Both the position numbers and the translations under genes were made by a program. Below are positions 39,643 to 56,705 of a stretch of DNA of 64,000 bases, piece after piece. The DNA is taken from the NCBI GenBank assembly GCA_000165425.1, contig CT868657.1, positions 62,001 to 126,000 of the forward strand, given 5' to 3'. The first letter of the stretch is position 1. Every line of letters begins with the position of its first letter. This stretch comes from Paramecium tetraurelia (Eukaryota). Below the pieces are notes generated by a model, which worked only from the letters and a program-made list of their open reading frames with translations, did not search any database and was not told the DNA's origin.

Positions 39643-41492
39643 TCATTTCAATTATTTCTAATATAAACTTCTCCTGCCAAAATTGGTCATTTCATCTTAT
39701 TGAACTTCCTCAAAATTTTATTGATAAGTCGATATCAATGGCAATTACCTTCCTTATGTTCTCTACGAATGCGCTCTGATATCTATTATAACGATATCAA
39801 GATACTTCGATTCGTCATTGACATTTATGAATCCTTATAATCTTTATTTGGAGTATCCCTGAAGTCTTTCTAAAAGTTCCTCTGAAATTGAGTCACCTAC
39901 TCTGGTAAAAATCCTGGTTCCTCCATCATCATAGTATTTTTCTTGATTGTCGAAGGTCGTTTCTAAGGAGACTCTCTCTGTTAATCTGGATCTCCCAGTC
40001 GTTCTCTTAACTCAAAGTTCTCCTTCTGTAAAAATTGAATTTCCCTATACATAGACTCACATTTCTAATTGATTTACTCCTCCCTTTCTCTCATTTCCTT
40101 ATTTGATAACAATAATTCTCTGACCATGTTGATTGAATCAATTAATCTATCATTGAATTAGGTATATTCAAATTTATTGGCATCCTCATCTGAAGACTCC
40201 TCCTCCAACAATCTCTGCTAATTTTATAATAGATTATCGAAATTGGTCCTGGTTTGTATATTATTCATATTTTGATTGCTATCTTACTTTTGAGCAATAT
40301 TGGATAAGAATTCGATATGCTGATTGGCCTTACTTAGTTCCTATTTCAAACTATTTATTTGCTATTTTAGATCATTAATGACTTTTAATTTGGGATCGTC
40401 GTTCTTAACTGGAATATTGGTGATGTAAGCTGCCTAAGTTAATGTCAATCTATACTTTTGTAGCATACTGCAATGTTGATACATTCTCATCGTAGAAGGT
40501 ATCTAAAGGTGCAATGCAAGCAATCATCAAGCAGAAACAATTACCTCCTATGGATTACTTTAATAAGCAAGTCAACTTTGAATCTCTATAAGGAGGAATA
40601 GTCTTATTATTTGTATCACTCAGAATTGCAATCACTTATCTCAAGGTCATCAAGGATTTATTGATCTCAATACTCTCCTTAGCCTGTCGACCTTCAGTCC
40701 CTGTTATACTGATTCTCTCTGATCCAGCCAAATCTACTAATTCTAACTTAGACGTAATGAAGGAATCTGGATTTTTGAGGTCTATGCTCTCTATTTTGAT
40801 TTCAAAGATAGAATGACTGCGAGATGATTAAAAATTCAATTTGTGACTTGCTGTTATTCTATTTCTGCTTCCCAATTTGAATAACTAAATAACTTCCTCT
40901 GCTGTTTTGCATTAATAAACAAATAAATTTTCAACTACGAATTGGTCCCTTACATTCCATCTCATTTTCAAACCACTAGCTTACACACTATAATTGGTTT
41001 TGGTTGTTTCTCCCAAAAGATCATATATTTTTTCATTGTAAATTTACAAATATGAACAATAGACTGAAAAGTCTTTTTATAGTGCATTTTATTTTATCTT
41101 ATTAAACAAACTATGAATTGTTTTAGGGATTAGGCCATCTTGCTTAACTGCAATTCCTTCTTCATCTCGTAACCCTTCCATGGTATGTGTTTTTCCAGAC
41201 CCTGTCTAACCATATGCAAAAACTGTCACATGATACCCGTCAATAACAGACTACACCAATTAATCTATTTCGCAACTCTTAAACACCTATTCCTAAGAAG
41301 CTGCTTCAGGTAACACATGATCGAATCTATTTGATTTATATTTTACTTATAACTCTTTTTATTTCTCTCTTCCTTTATTATTACTTCCTATCCATTGCAA
41401 TCAATTCTCGAGTTTAAATGGCCCTGTCTTTTTTCGTGATCCAACAACGGTCTTATTCGAACTGCCACTCGAATTTTTTATTGATTTTGCAT
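39643..41492 (-). CDS. Kinesin motor (KIF12/kinesin-16-like)
   Basis: IRVAVRIRP, VFAYGQTGSGKTHTM, SYLQIYNE, LKMRWNVRDQFVVENL, SSRSHSIF, LVDLAGSER, PYRDSKLT. Confidence 0.92.
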
Positions 41493-41873
41493 GTTGTTTA
41501 ATATAATTTAATATAAATTTAAATATCACATAAACACCAACTCTCTATAACTCCATTGAACCATAATACATAACCCTGATATCAATTTATAATGGAAACT
41601 ATAGAGTAATTCAAATTATTATTTCAATTTCAAATTATTTCTATAAGAATTAAATTACAATATTTTATATTTCCTAACTTTATACTATTATTCAGAACTT
41701 CATATACTTTTTGTATTTAAGTTGACTAGTTAATTTTTAAATGAATTGTTTTGATCAATTAAACACAAAAGAGTCAAGCATTGGAGGACATGATTCTTCT
41801 TAAAAGTGTTGGTTAAGAAATTATGAAAATAGCATTATAATATTATATAAAAGAAAAAAATAAAAATTTACAA

Positions 41874-43645
<1,772 letters not shown>

Positions 43646-43830
43646 TTTTAATTATTTATATAAAATTTATAATATATTTATATTAGACGTCTTATTGTAA
43701 TTTATTAAACCAATGTTTCCCCTTAAGAGTAGCCAGTAGTTATATCTCTAAAATTATATGATTATCATTCTTGAGGTATAATCTAAAAAAATACAATAAT
43801 GATAGTAATTCTAAAATTATTATTTTTTTT

Positions 43831-44835
43831 ATGAATAATTTATATTGTCAGAAGAAAAAAAGAATTCATGAAGTAACTTATGCATAAAAAGTAATCAACT
43901 CTGTTAAGCCAGACATTGAAAATATTAAACTTAATGAAAACTTATTTCAAGCTCAATAAATGGCTAGACATTCATCAACATTAATTAAAGATATTTAGAA
44001 GGATGTGAGATTGACACTAAAGAAATATGATTCATACGTTAGAATGAGTGAATCCAACAGAAGAATGACTGATAAACAGGTTAGTGAACCTACTAGGAGG
44101 TATTAGAGTGAGAGTCCCCCCAAATAACAAGAATCAACCGATAAAGAACTTGAGACTTTAAGATAATAACAAAGAATTCTAATGACTCTCCTTAACAATT
44201 TACAACAGTAAGAAAAACTAATAATTTCTTAATCCTTAATACCTGAACTACAGTCTAAATCCGTTATCGATAAAGAGTGGTTTGAATAGAAAACTAAATA
44301 ATTATAGTAGATCTAAAAAACATAAACTTAAATTGAAAATTCATCATCCAAGAGATTGGAGAAGAGTGATGTTATATAAATTGATCTAAGCAAAGTTAAA
44401 AGATCGCCTAATAGTAAATCTAGTTCTGCTTAACTTTTTTTTAGTCCAAATAAAAATCCTATTAAGAATTCTGTTACCTATTTTTAAAATTCCAATTCCA
44501 GCTATGCCAATTTGCATAGGAAACAATCTAATTCTCCTTAAAAATGGGGTTAATATGGAGTCATTAACTAATAAAAGTCTTAGACAAATTTGATTGTAAG
44601 CAAAAGGAATTAACAATGGAAACAAAGGGTTGACAATAAAATAAGGAATGAAGTAATGAAAAAGTAAGAGAGAGAAATAAAAGCATGCACATTTAAACCT
44701 AAAATCTTATCCAAAACACCAAAAAGTAATATCAACAGTAAAGAGACTTCAACAGATTTCAATGAACTAATGTTCCTAATTGACGATATCAATGAGTTTA
44801 ATGATAAATATAAGAGATTAACTATTAAAAAATGA
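43831..44835 (+). CDS. Hypothetical protein with CTFKPKI motif
   Basis: Open ATG 43831 to TGA 44833; Q-rich with ACTFKPKI near the C-terminus. Confidence 0.7.
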
Positions 44836-44900
44836 TTACAATTATTTATAATGTATATAAAATAACAATTCTGATTAAAAATAAATATTAGTTTTCATAA

Positions 44901-47154
<2,254 letters not shown>

Positions 47155-48225
47155 CTGAATTAAATAATCTTATATATTTATTAAAATTATTTCTGTCTAA
47201 CGATTCACAGGATGATACTAAAATTCGAATTTACTAAATGATGAGATTTAATCTGGAAAAACATTTAATAAGAAATCTAAACATTTAGAAATTGGATATA
47301 ATCAAATACATAGAGAGCCATTCAGATTCTTGATGAAGTTATTAGTCAAAATGCTTGATATTAACAATCTTTCCTAAGATATGTGCATGTGTGAAAAATA
47401 TAAAGAAGTTATTTTATTAGATTTTCCATTTATTCTTAAAACTAAATTAAAATAACAGCATAGAGTAAAGTGTTATTCCATATAATGTAGATAAATCATT
47501 AAAGTTAAGAGTGAATTATTAAATATTATTTATAAATCTTAATACATTAAAATTACTAAAATCTTATTGTTAGCAGTTCTTTGTAAACTTATTATTCTAA
47601 ATTTAGAATTTATAAAATATAGTTTCCATTTTTATAAACTCACTCTTATTCAGACTATATGCATTAAATATCTATGGTAGATGACTGAAGAATAGTATAG
47701 AATAGGAATGATCACATAAAGCCCTTGTTTAAGATCTTCAAGTTGTTGTTAGAATTTAATTTAATTTGTTTGGTAATATTAAATTTATTATAAAATATCT
47801 TTAGATATCATTATCGTAAAAGTAAAGAGAATTTGAAAGACTCTGTTAAACCTTCTCAAGATCCTCCAGTTAATGCAGGGCTGGGTTGGCTTTGAAGTGG
47901 ATACTGAAGAAATATGAAAACAAGGAATAGGATTTATAATTATTATATTAATATAATTATGCATTTAATCAGGATAATTAATTTATAATAATTAGAAATT
48001 TATAGATATAAAATATCTTTAAACATAAATAAAATATATGGAAGGAAGTCTTGGTATATGGATATTTACATATTTATTCAAATTGTTAATAATTTTAATA
48101 AACAATTCTAAAACCACAAGGATTTAATAAACAGTGATTCATGAATTTACACTAATTCTTGAAGCGATGAATCTAATTTAGAGCGCATATAATAAATTTC
48201 CAAGAATTGAAATCCATTCTAAAAC

Positions 48226-49206
48226 ATGTTGAGCGAAAACCCTATTATTCTCTATATGAAAAACCCAGATCCTATATTTTATGGGATGATGGATGATCTC
48301 GTGATTTAGACATTAAAAAAATAAAATGCAACAGTAATTGTAACTGAGTTGGAAGAATTAAGTTACATAATCGGAGAAGTATTCAATACACCAATAATAG
48401 GAATTTACATTTTTAAGAAATGGAGAACAAATATAATTTGATGCATTTTTAGGTTATGGGTATATGGCACCGAAACATTATTTGGATTATATGTATTTTA
48501 ATTTTGCAGCATATACTGCAGGAAAGACTACATTGTATTCTCCATTTACAGAAAATATATTATAAAACAAACTCTTACAATATGCAAAGTTTAGTGAAGG
48601 CTAAGTGCCATTTCCTCGTTGTAGTGCTTCATTCTCTGTTTAATAATTTAAATTAAACTTATCTCAATTTGAAAGCAAGGCAATAATGAAGGAGGTTGTC
48701 GGATATGAAGGAACAGGAGTGAAATTATCGAATAATAAAATTTAAAGTACAGAGATCTTCTGTAAATCTCTTTGGAACGGAGAGCAGGCTATAATATAAG
48801 ATTTTATGAGTGATTCAGTTGGTAGATCAATCAGAGTGTTAGTTATAGGTGGTAGAGCAGTCTCAGTAACAGAATTCTAGGATAATATTGTAACATACCT
48901 TAATTATCAAAGGATTTTAAATCTAATGGTTATAGCGATGATTTTAAAATAGAATCCAAGATGGATTGTTAAAAAAAGGAGGAGTACTTTAGATTGGCAG
49001 AAAAGACATGTTAAGCAATTGATCCAAATTTGACAATTGGAGGAGTTGATATCATAGATTCAAGAAAACATGGGTTGGTTGTTTTGGAAATCAATTAATG
49101 GCCAGAAATAACCTTTTCGGAGGATGTCACAGGATTGCCATTGTTTGATATTTTTGGCTAGGAATTTATAAGAAAAATAAAGCAGAATAATAGTGATAGA
49201 GTTTGA
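48226..49206 (+). CDS. RimK/LysX-family ATP-grasp amino-acid ligase
   Basis: NKLLQY, GIMKEVVGYEGTGV, IIQDFM, GRSIRVLVIGGRAV, DFKSN, GGVDII, VVLEIN; introns of 22 and 23 nt. Confidence 0.8.
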
Positions 49207-49243
49207 CCTAAATGACTATATATGGTTATGTTGTGATATACAA

Positions 49244-49763
49244 TCATTACTTCTCTGGTTTTTTTCTGAACCATTTCCGCATATTATAAGCATTTTCATC
49301 ATCAGCATAATATTTCTCTTCTGTATCAAATGTTTCATAGCCCAATTTATCTCTATACAATCCTAAGGCTGCTCTATTCGACACTCTGACATGCAAGGAA
49401 ACATAATGAGATTCAAATATCTTGTCCATATCTCTGTGAGTGCTTTACATGACTTTATTTGCCAACCCCAATTTTCTATGTGTCCTTAAGACTGACAGGG
49501 ATGTTATATGTCCATGCTCTAACTTTGTACCCTCCTCATCTTCCTCATCTTATTTCGCCAATACGTACCCCACAATTCTACCACTATTCTAGTCAAAATC
49601 TATTGATGTTAATTACAATGTCTTCGGCAACATACAATAATGATTGCCAAACCATTCCGTGATACAAGTAATATTTGTATGTGTAATTTTCTGGCAAACA
49701 CCATAAATTGCAGTGTTACATATGTTATAAATCTTGCATTTCAGCTCTTCTTATTGATACCAT
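49244..49763 (-). CDS. NAA10: N-terminal acetyltransferase A catalytic subunit
   Basis: [61 protein letters not shown]; one 28 nt intron. Confidence 0.95.
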
Positions 49764-49789
49764 AATTTAATTAGAAATTATTATTATTC

Positions 49790-52786
49790 ATGAGAAGACC
49801 ATAAAGTGCATAAGTTACCAAAATCTTCATCAATCGACCCAAAGATGAAATTATAGAAACCAGACAGCAACTTAATTAATTAACTGATGAGCACAGGAAA
49901 ATTAAAACTCAAAACATGCAACTCAAAGTAAAAACTAAATAAATCTTCTTAGAGATAACTTATGAGATACGAGCATATCGACGAGAACCTAATTAATTCC
50001 TAATAATTATTAGGACGTGCTTCTGAACAACCTAGCATCATCCCTACTCTAAAATATAAAATAAGAGTCTAATAAAATGAAATTGATGTTTTAAGATAAC
50101 AATTATAGGCACAATAAAAACAAATGAGAGTCACATCAATCTAAGAATTATAATATCAAATCCAGCAATATCAAGAAGAAACTGTTAATCTTAAACAAAT
50201 GCTTGATGAAGCATTGAACATTAAAAATGAAACCTAAAAGTCTCAATATATTGGCTATTTGTCTAAAATCCAAGAATTGAAATTGGAAATCAAATAATAT
50301 AATCAGCTCTGCGAAAACCAATAAAGAGATATTAAACAATTGCAATCATAAATCAAATTGTAATCAGATCAATTATAATAATTAAATGCCGATAAAAAAA
50401 AATATGAAAATCAACAAAAAGAACCCTAAATATAAAAACAACAGCAAATGGAAAACTCCAACATATTCTCTAAATCAGTTGTAATCAAAGACCCAAAAAA
50501 AAGAGATGAAACTCCTGAATAATACTCTGGAAATGAAAACACTCTATTATCCTAATTACAAGAAAAAGAGAGAAAAATCCGAGATCTTGAAGAGAACCTA
50601 ACTAGTCTCAATAAAACTCACAATGCAAAAATTAATCAATAATTACAGTACATTGAATAATAGAATGCCCAATTAGGAATGAAATAGAATATCATCTAAA
50701 ATTTAGAATAAGAAGTCAATAAATTGGAACTCCAAATTAAAGACATCAGACTTAAGACCTAATAAATGCTGTAAAACAAGGTTTGTGAGGAAAAAGGCAC
50801 CTAAATTCCACATAAATCCAAATGGACTACCGAAGAAATTAAGGCCACCCTAAGATTTAGATTAAAGAGATCCATGATTGAATAGAAAGACGTATCGGAA
50901 TTCTTACTAAAAAAAGGGGATTAAAGATTCTTCTCCATTTAATCACGATTCTAAAAGTACCTTGATTTTTCTATCTAGATTCCCATTCAATTTGAATGCC
51001 GAACAATCTTACCACATTACTATGTTTCTGTTAACTGAGGAATCCCCATTTGGTTAGAGTACCTTGGAAAAAGACCTACCACAATCAGTACTCAAATCCA
51101 GGATATCTCACCTATTACCTTAATATGAATTAATGACTATTGAAGAAGAAGGATAGTTATTTTCATGCATCTCAAGAAAGCTTGTCAATAAGTTGAATCT
51201 ATTACAAGATTCTGTCAAATAGATTAAAAAAATTGAAAAGTAAATTTTGATTATTAATAAAATAGATCCAATATTAAAGATGGGTTTTGTCTACCAAAAT
51301 AATTATTAGAAGCATTTACTTATATTTTAGATAACTCCCTCTCTGAAAAGGAAGTTGAATACTTATATTAACTAAATTTTGAAATCACTAAATCCCCTAT
51401 TCTGATTAATATTTCAAGAATTGTCCAACTATTCTAAATGAAGCCAAAATCTGGAATTAGCAAAATCTGTAAGATTATTCTTTATATATTTTAAAGAGAA
51501 AGAATTATCGTTGTTTCCATCTACTTTGTTATTTTCCTACAATAAAGAAGCGATAGTGAAACCAAAAAGTAAAAGTCATTATTATCTAAGGACCATCGAT
51601 GCTACTTAATTAGAATGTCTCGCCTAAACAAAGTGTATAAGGGTAGCAAAGGATATTAAAATTAAATCAAGCCTTTTCAGCGGTTGAAGTAATACCAGTA
51701 ATTAAGAAGAAACCTATTTTCTCAATTTAATAAATCCTGTCTATTTAACTTGGTAAATAAAAAATTTATAAAATAAATTCAACTTAAACTGAAGAAGTAG
51801 AACTTGGAATTGATAAAAAAATGAAGAGTTTAGGAATAGAGAAGATTTTTGAGTTAAATTGGATACACAAGCTCTAAAAGGCTGATGTTGGTATTAGTTG
51901 TAGAAAGGAAGAATTGGTTATTATAAAATAGATAGATATTTCATATCATTTTAAAAAAGAATAAAGTAAATAAGAAATTCAACCTAATATTGAAAAAGAA
52001 ATTCATAATCAAATTTTTTAAGAAGAAAAAGTCGATAATAAACAAGGGGAGAAAGAAGTTACAGAAACTAAATAATAATTAAATTAAGACTAAGAAGAAA
52101 TTATCAATTAAAAAAAATAAGATATTCAAAATGAAGAAACTGTCAAATCAGAAGAAAAATAAGATTAGAATCATTAATCAGAATAATTAAAATAATAAGA
52201 ATTATAAGAACAATAAAATTAATAATAATTATTAAAGGAGCAACAAGAATAGTAAGAATTAAAATTATAATAGTAATAGGAATAACAATAAAAATAATAA
52301 TTATTATAAGAACAATAATAACAACAATAGCATTAATAATAACAATAGCAATATTAATAATAATAATAACAACAACAATAGCAATAATAATAACAACAAT
52401 AATAATAATAATAACAACAACAATAGCAATAATAATAATAAAAAGAATAGGAATAATAATAATAACAACAATAGCAATAATAATAATAACAACAATAGCA
52501 ATAATAATAATAACAACAATAGCAATAATAATAATAACAACAATAGCAATAATAATACGAACAATAGCAATAATAATAATAATAATAGCAATAATAATAA
52601 TATTAACAATAGCAATAACAATAACAATAACAATAATAAGAATTAAATTAAAAAGAAGAAGAAAAATAGGAATAACAATTAAGTTCTAGTGATTTTACTG
52701 AAAATTAAATTATTGGAAATATGGTAACTTTTTATTTGGATTAATTTATTCATAATTTAGAAGAAGTCAAGAATTAGTAATAATGA
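49790..52786 (+). CDS. Long coiled-coil protein (IQCE/lebercilin-like N-terminus) with C-terminal poly-Gln
   Basis: IIPTLKYKIR...KQMRVTSIQELQYQIQQYQEETVNLKQML; several short introns; TGA 52784. Confidence 0.6.
52190..52645 (+). repeat. Coding TAA/CAA/TAG repeat giving a poly-glutamine tract
   Basis: Imperfect CAA-CAA-TAG-CAA-(TAA)n units in frame with the host gene. Confidence 0.9.
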
Positions 52787-52951
52787 TTTTGAGTAATTCG
52801 TTTATATGAGTTATATACATAGATTTTTTATTATAAATATTATTATCTAAAGTCTAAATTATACTTCAATATTTTATTCAAAGTTTGTAAAGTGATTAAA
52901 AATTATAGAATTCTTAAATGATTTCAATATAATTACTTTATTTTTAATATA

Positions 52952-54696
52952 ATGAGTTTTAGAATATCAATCTCTCCTCAAAGAAAACGTAGTTGCACTG
53001 GAATGCCATTATCTGCTCGACCCATAAAGCCATCTCTAAACCCCTCCCTTAGCAATATTGTGGAGGAAATTAAGAACTTGATGTAAAATTCTCATCTAAC
53101 CAAGGAAACAACTCAATCCTTAGTTGTAGAACTTACTAAATTCATTAATCAAAATAGCTCTCGATTTGGAAAAATAAAATGCTAAATACTATAATTATCT
53201 TCAATCATCCAAAACTTCGAATAATCAAAATGATGGGGATTATATTTAAAAAGAACCATCTTCTCATCAGAGTAGAAATAAATCTAAAGAGGCTAGTCCA
53301 ACAAAGAAGGAATCGTCTATTAAAAATATAGAAATGACATCCAGCAGTAGATTGGATCCAACTCCTAGATAAAAACTTTTAATCAGAAGAGGTTCTCTAG
53401 ATGTGGAATAATAAGTGAATAAAGTAAGAGTTATATTGATATATTCGAAGGACCAATTAAGAAAAATAGGTTAAGAAGCCATAGATTAAAACGTTATATT
53501 TAACTTACTAGATTTAAAACCATCGAAATTAAAATCTATGACGTAAAAAAAATTAAATTAAATCTTTACACTCAGCGAAAAAGATTTATATTAATATATA
53601 TAGAAGATTGAATATTAAGGTATGTATGATGTTGTTCAAAATGATAGAGTATATGCAGAATCTATATGAGCCATTAAAGTTCGCCAAGGATTTATCAGAG
53701 AAGTGCATGTCATATATTGAAAAATTAAAGAAGATTTTAAAATTAGGATTCGAAATAGCAAACTCTACTCCATCTTAAACATTTGATAGCTACTAGAAAC
53801 TGATATTGGAATTGTTTGATTGTGATAGAGCTTAAGTTTATTTATACGATTCGAAATTCCATTTCTTTTGGAGCAAAAGCTAAGATTGTTAATAAAAGAC
53901 TTATTATCCCTTTAAAGGAATATTGGGATTTGTGACTAAGCAAGGACAAATGTTAAACATAAATGATGTTTATTAAGATGTAAGATTTGACTAAGAATAT
54001 GATTAAAAATAACAGAATAAGACAAAATCAATGCTTGCTTGTCCTATATACGAGAAGGAAGAAATAATTGGTGTTATTATAATTTCATCCTCTTCTCAGT
54101 CATTTAGAAAAGATGATGAACTTTTGATTTAATTGATTACACAAATGGCTGCTACACACTTCTATTAATATATCTATTAAGAGTATAATTCTAAAACTTG
54201 TGAAGCTTTATAATAGATCTTAAAAATTTCCTTAGTTTTGTAGCAATCTGTTGATTAAAAATAATTCGTAATTTTAGCTCAATAAATCCTATCCAAAACA
54301 TATGATTTAAAATAAGTATAGATTTATTTTAAAGATATGTAAGATTAGGAAAGTCTTTTCACTTTTATTGAACAACAAAGAAAAAAAGTACCTAAGGCAT
54401 GTGGGATTATTGGCTATGTTTATAAAACAGGATAATTCTATGTTTCTGATTCTTGTTATAGAGATAAATAGTTTAACAAATTAGCTGATATTGAAACTAA
54501 CCTACCTACCATAACCATACCTATTAGGAATGAGGATAAATGCATGGGTGTCATTCAATATATTGACACTAAAGGCATAGATAATATTGTTGGCAAACAA
54601 ATAAGAAACCAGTAATTGTCAAATTTAGATTTGATTCAGACCTTTGCTGTAATGCTCAATTTTGTAAATAGTAAATTGATTATATAAAAAAATTGA
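52952..54696 (+). CDS. Tandem GAF-domain protein with no catalytic domain seen
   Basis: PLKGILGFV...NINDVYQDVRFD...KTKSMLACPI; second GAF GIIGYVYKTG...FNKLADIETNLPTITIPI. Confidence 0.8.
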
Positions 54697-54766
54697 TTTG
54701 CACCACATTAACATTTTTATTAAATCTAACTAATTTGTTATAATATTTACCTTAAATTAAAATTAA

Positions 54767-55292
54767 ATGAACAATCCATTTCAAAATCCAATAGGCAATC
54801 CAAATGATCCAAATAATCAATTACTCTTGATGTCTCTTGCTCAAGTAGATTCACAAAATATGTTCTTCTTTTTAATGCAAAATCCAGATTTCGTTGAAAA
54901 ATAAGATGAAGTATTTGATTGATAAATAATTTAGAATTAATTCAAAAAGACAGCAATAGGCTTTGTTAGAAATACATTAGGGATATTTTTTTTGGGAACA
55001 GTCCTTAATTTGTAAATGAAAAGAATCCCTAAAGTAAAGATGTAATAATATTCCAAAGTTTTTGAATTGGCCGATTTACGTTAAAATTCCTTTAAGGATC
55101 CCTGTATTTTTCAGCCCATTTTTCTTATTTTAATAATCTCTAACAAATTAATTAGACAATTTAACATAATTGCATCATAAATATTACACAAGAATATTGA
55201 GAGTAAAGAAAACTGGTGATCTAAGATACTTTGATCCACAAGGTGTATTATAAAAATAATTTGAACAAAAAATGAGAGAATTAATGAAATGA
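54767..55292 (+). CDS. Small hypothetical protein with a hydrophobic segment
   Basis: MNNPFQNPIG..., TLGIFFLGTVL, short introns, TGA 55290. Confidence 0.55.
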
Positions 55293-55361
55293 TAATTTAT
55301 GTATCAATTGTTTTGCCTTTATTTTTTATCTATTTATATACTCAATAATTTGATTTTTTTT

Positions 55362-56372
55362 ATGAAAAAAGGGCGTAAACCATTAGATGAATAGATCAAA
55401 ATCTAAAGAAAACTCGAGCAATTATGGAAAGGAAACTTTTTAAATTTAAACTTATTAGAAGAAATTTAACTTTTAAATATCAATCTCCCACAATCAAAAC
55501 AAATTTTTACTAAAGATATCGTATTGCAATATAAAAAACAAAAAAACTACAGATATGTCAAAATTGTCACATCAAATCTTTTGATTGATTGTAGATCCAC
55601 AAGACTGAGAGAAACATAAGCCCAGAAAGAAAATGAAGTGTTGCAATTATAAGTTGATGAAAACCTATAACAATAAGTATAAGAACCCAATGTTGAGATT
55701 AGACCATAAGTCTAAAATATTTAACTTCCTCCTGAAAATAATTTTATTGAACAAACAGAAGAACCTTCTATTGTGGAAATTCTACCCGATTAAAAATTAA
55801 AATCAAAATCTAAAGACAATATTCTCAAGCCCTCGAAATTAAATATTCAATCAAATAACTAGAGTGTAATCGAAGTACAACCCAATCCTGTTACAGTAAT
55901 TAAAAAAGAAATATTAATTATTGAGGATTAAAATTAAATTTCGAATTCACTTTTGGAAAGCCCTTAATCAAAAACTTAGAATCCTAAACAATAAGACAAG
56001 ATACCTAAATATTTATTATTTGAGCCAAGTTCTCCGAATTCACCTTCTTTGAGTTTTAGCAACTCCCTCTCATAAAGTTTTGTCAACCACTTAATGGATG
56101 AATCCTTTTTTGGGGCTGAATAACTTAAACTGAGTGAAAGCCTGTTTGGAAATACCCCAAGAATCAAATAGGATCCTAACCCTAATCAGTACGATTAAAC
56201 ATTCGCTATGCTTAAGGCAAAAATAAATGAAATCTAAGAATCTTAGTTTGAACAATTATTAATAGCATATAACCATAATTTTTTGCATTTACAAAAAATC
56301 ATTTTAAATGATATTAATCAAGTTAAATTATTAATATCAAAATATCAAAAGAAAAAGCCTAGGATTATATGA
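55362..56372 (+). CDS. Hypothetical protein
   Basis: MKKGRKPLDE... open to TGA 56370. Confidence 0.65.
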
Positions 56373-56705
56373 TTTAAATATATTAAATTTATTAACTTTT
56401 ATAAATGATATTTATGCTGTTATTTGAGCCTTTAATAATATTACTTAGTGTCTTCATTAATGATATCAATTTTGATTAAAGTGTTTTAATAGAAATTCAA
56501 TTATGAATACTTCAAATTTATGTTATCTTGAAAATTTAGTTACATTATTATTAATCTATTTACATGATTAATAAATGAATCAATAATCTAAAACTCCCTT
56601 TTGTTTGTAATAGATTTAGAGCTTATATAGAATGAATTGATTTAATAATACTTATAATTTTTATACAAATTTCGTCATCTTATTTATTTATTATATTAAT
56701 TCAAG

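Noticed and set aside
5959..41492. Apparent clustering of chromatin genes (4CXXC, OB-fold, HDAC, PWWP, CAF-1) and ciliary genes (BBOF1-like, ARMC2-like, LRRC6, kinesin)
   Set aside because: They are interspersed with unrelated genes on both strands; both classes are abundant in ciliates and no shared motif was seen
51569..51620. Apparent IQ motif broken by two deletions, suggesting a pseudogene
   Set aside because: A 22 nt intron (51569-51590) gives a continuous frame with no need for indels
52304..52633. Poly-Leu ORF on the minus strand in the supplied track
   Set aside because: It is the antisense shadow of the poly-Gln repeat
53083..53233. Apparent +1 frameshift or premature TGA in the GAF gene (Euplotes-like frameshifting considered)
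   Set aside because: A 22 nt intron (53083-53104, GTAAAA..CCAAG) restores the frame
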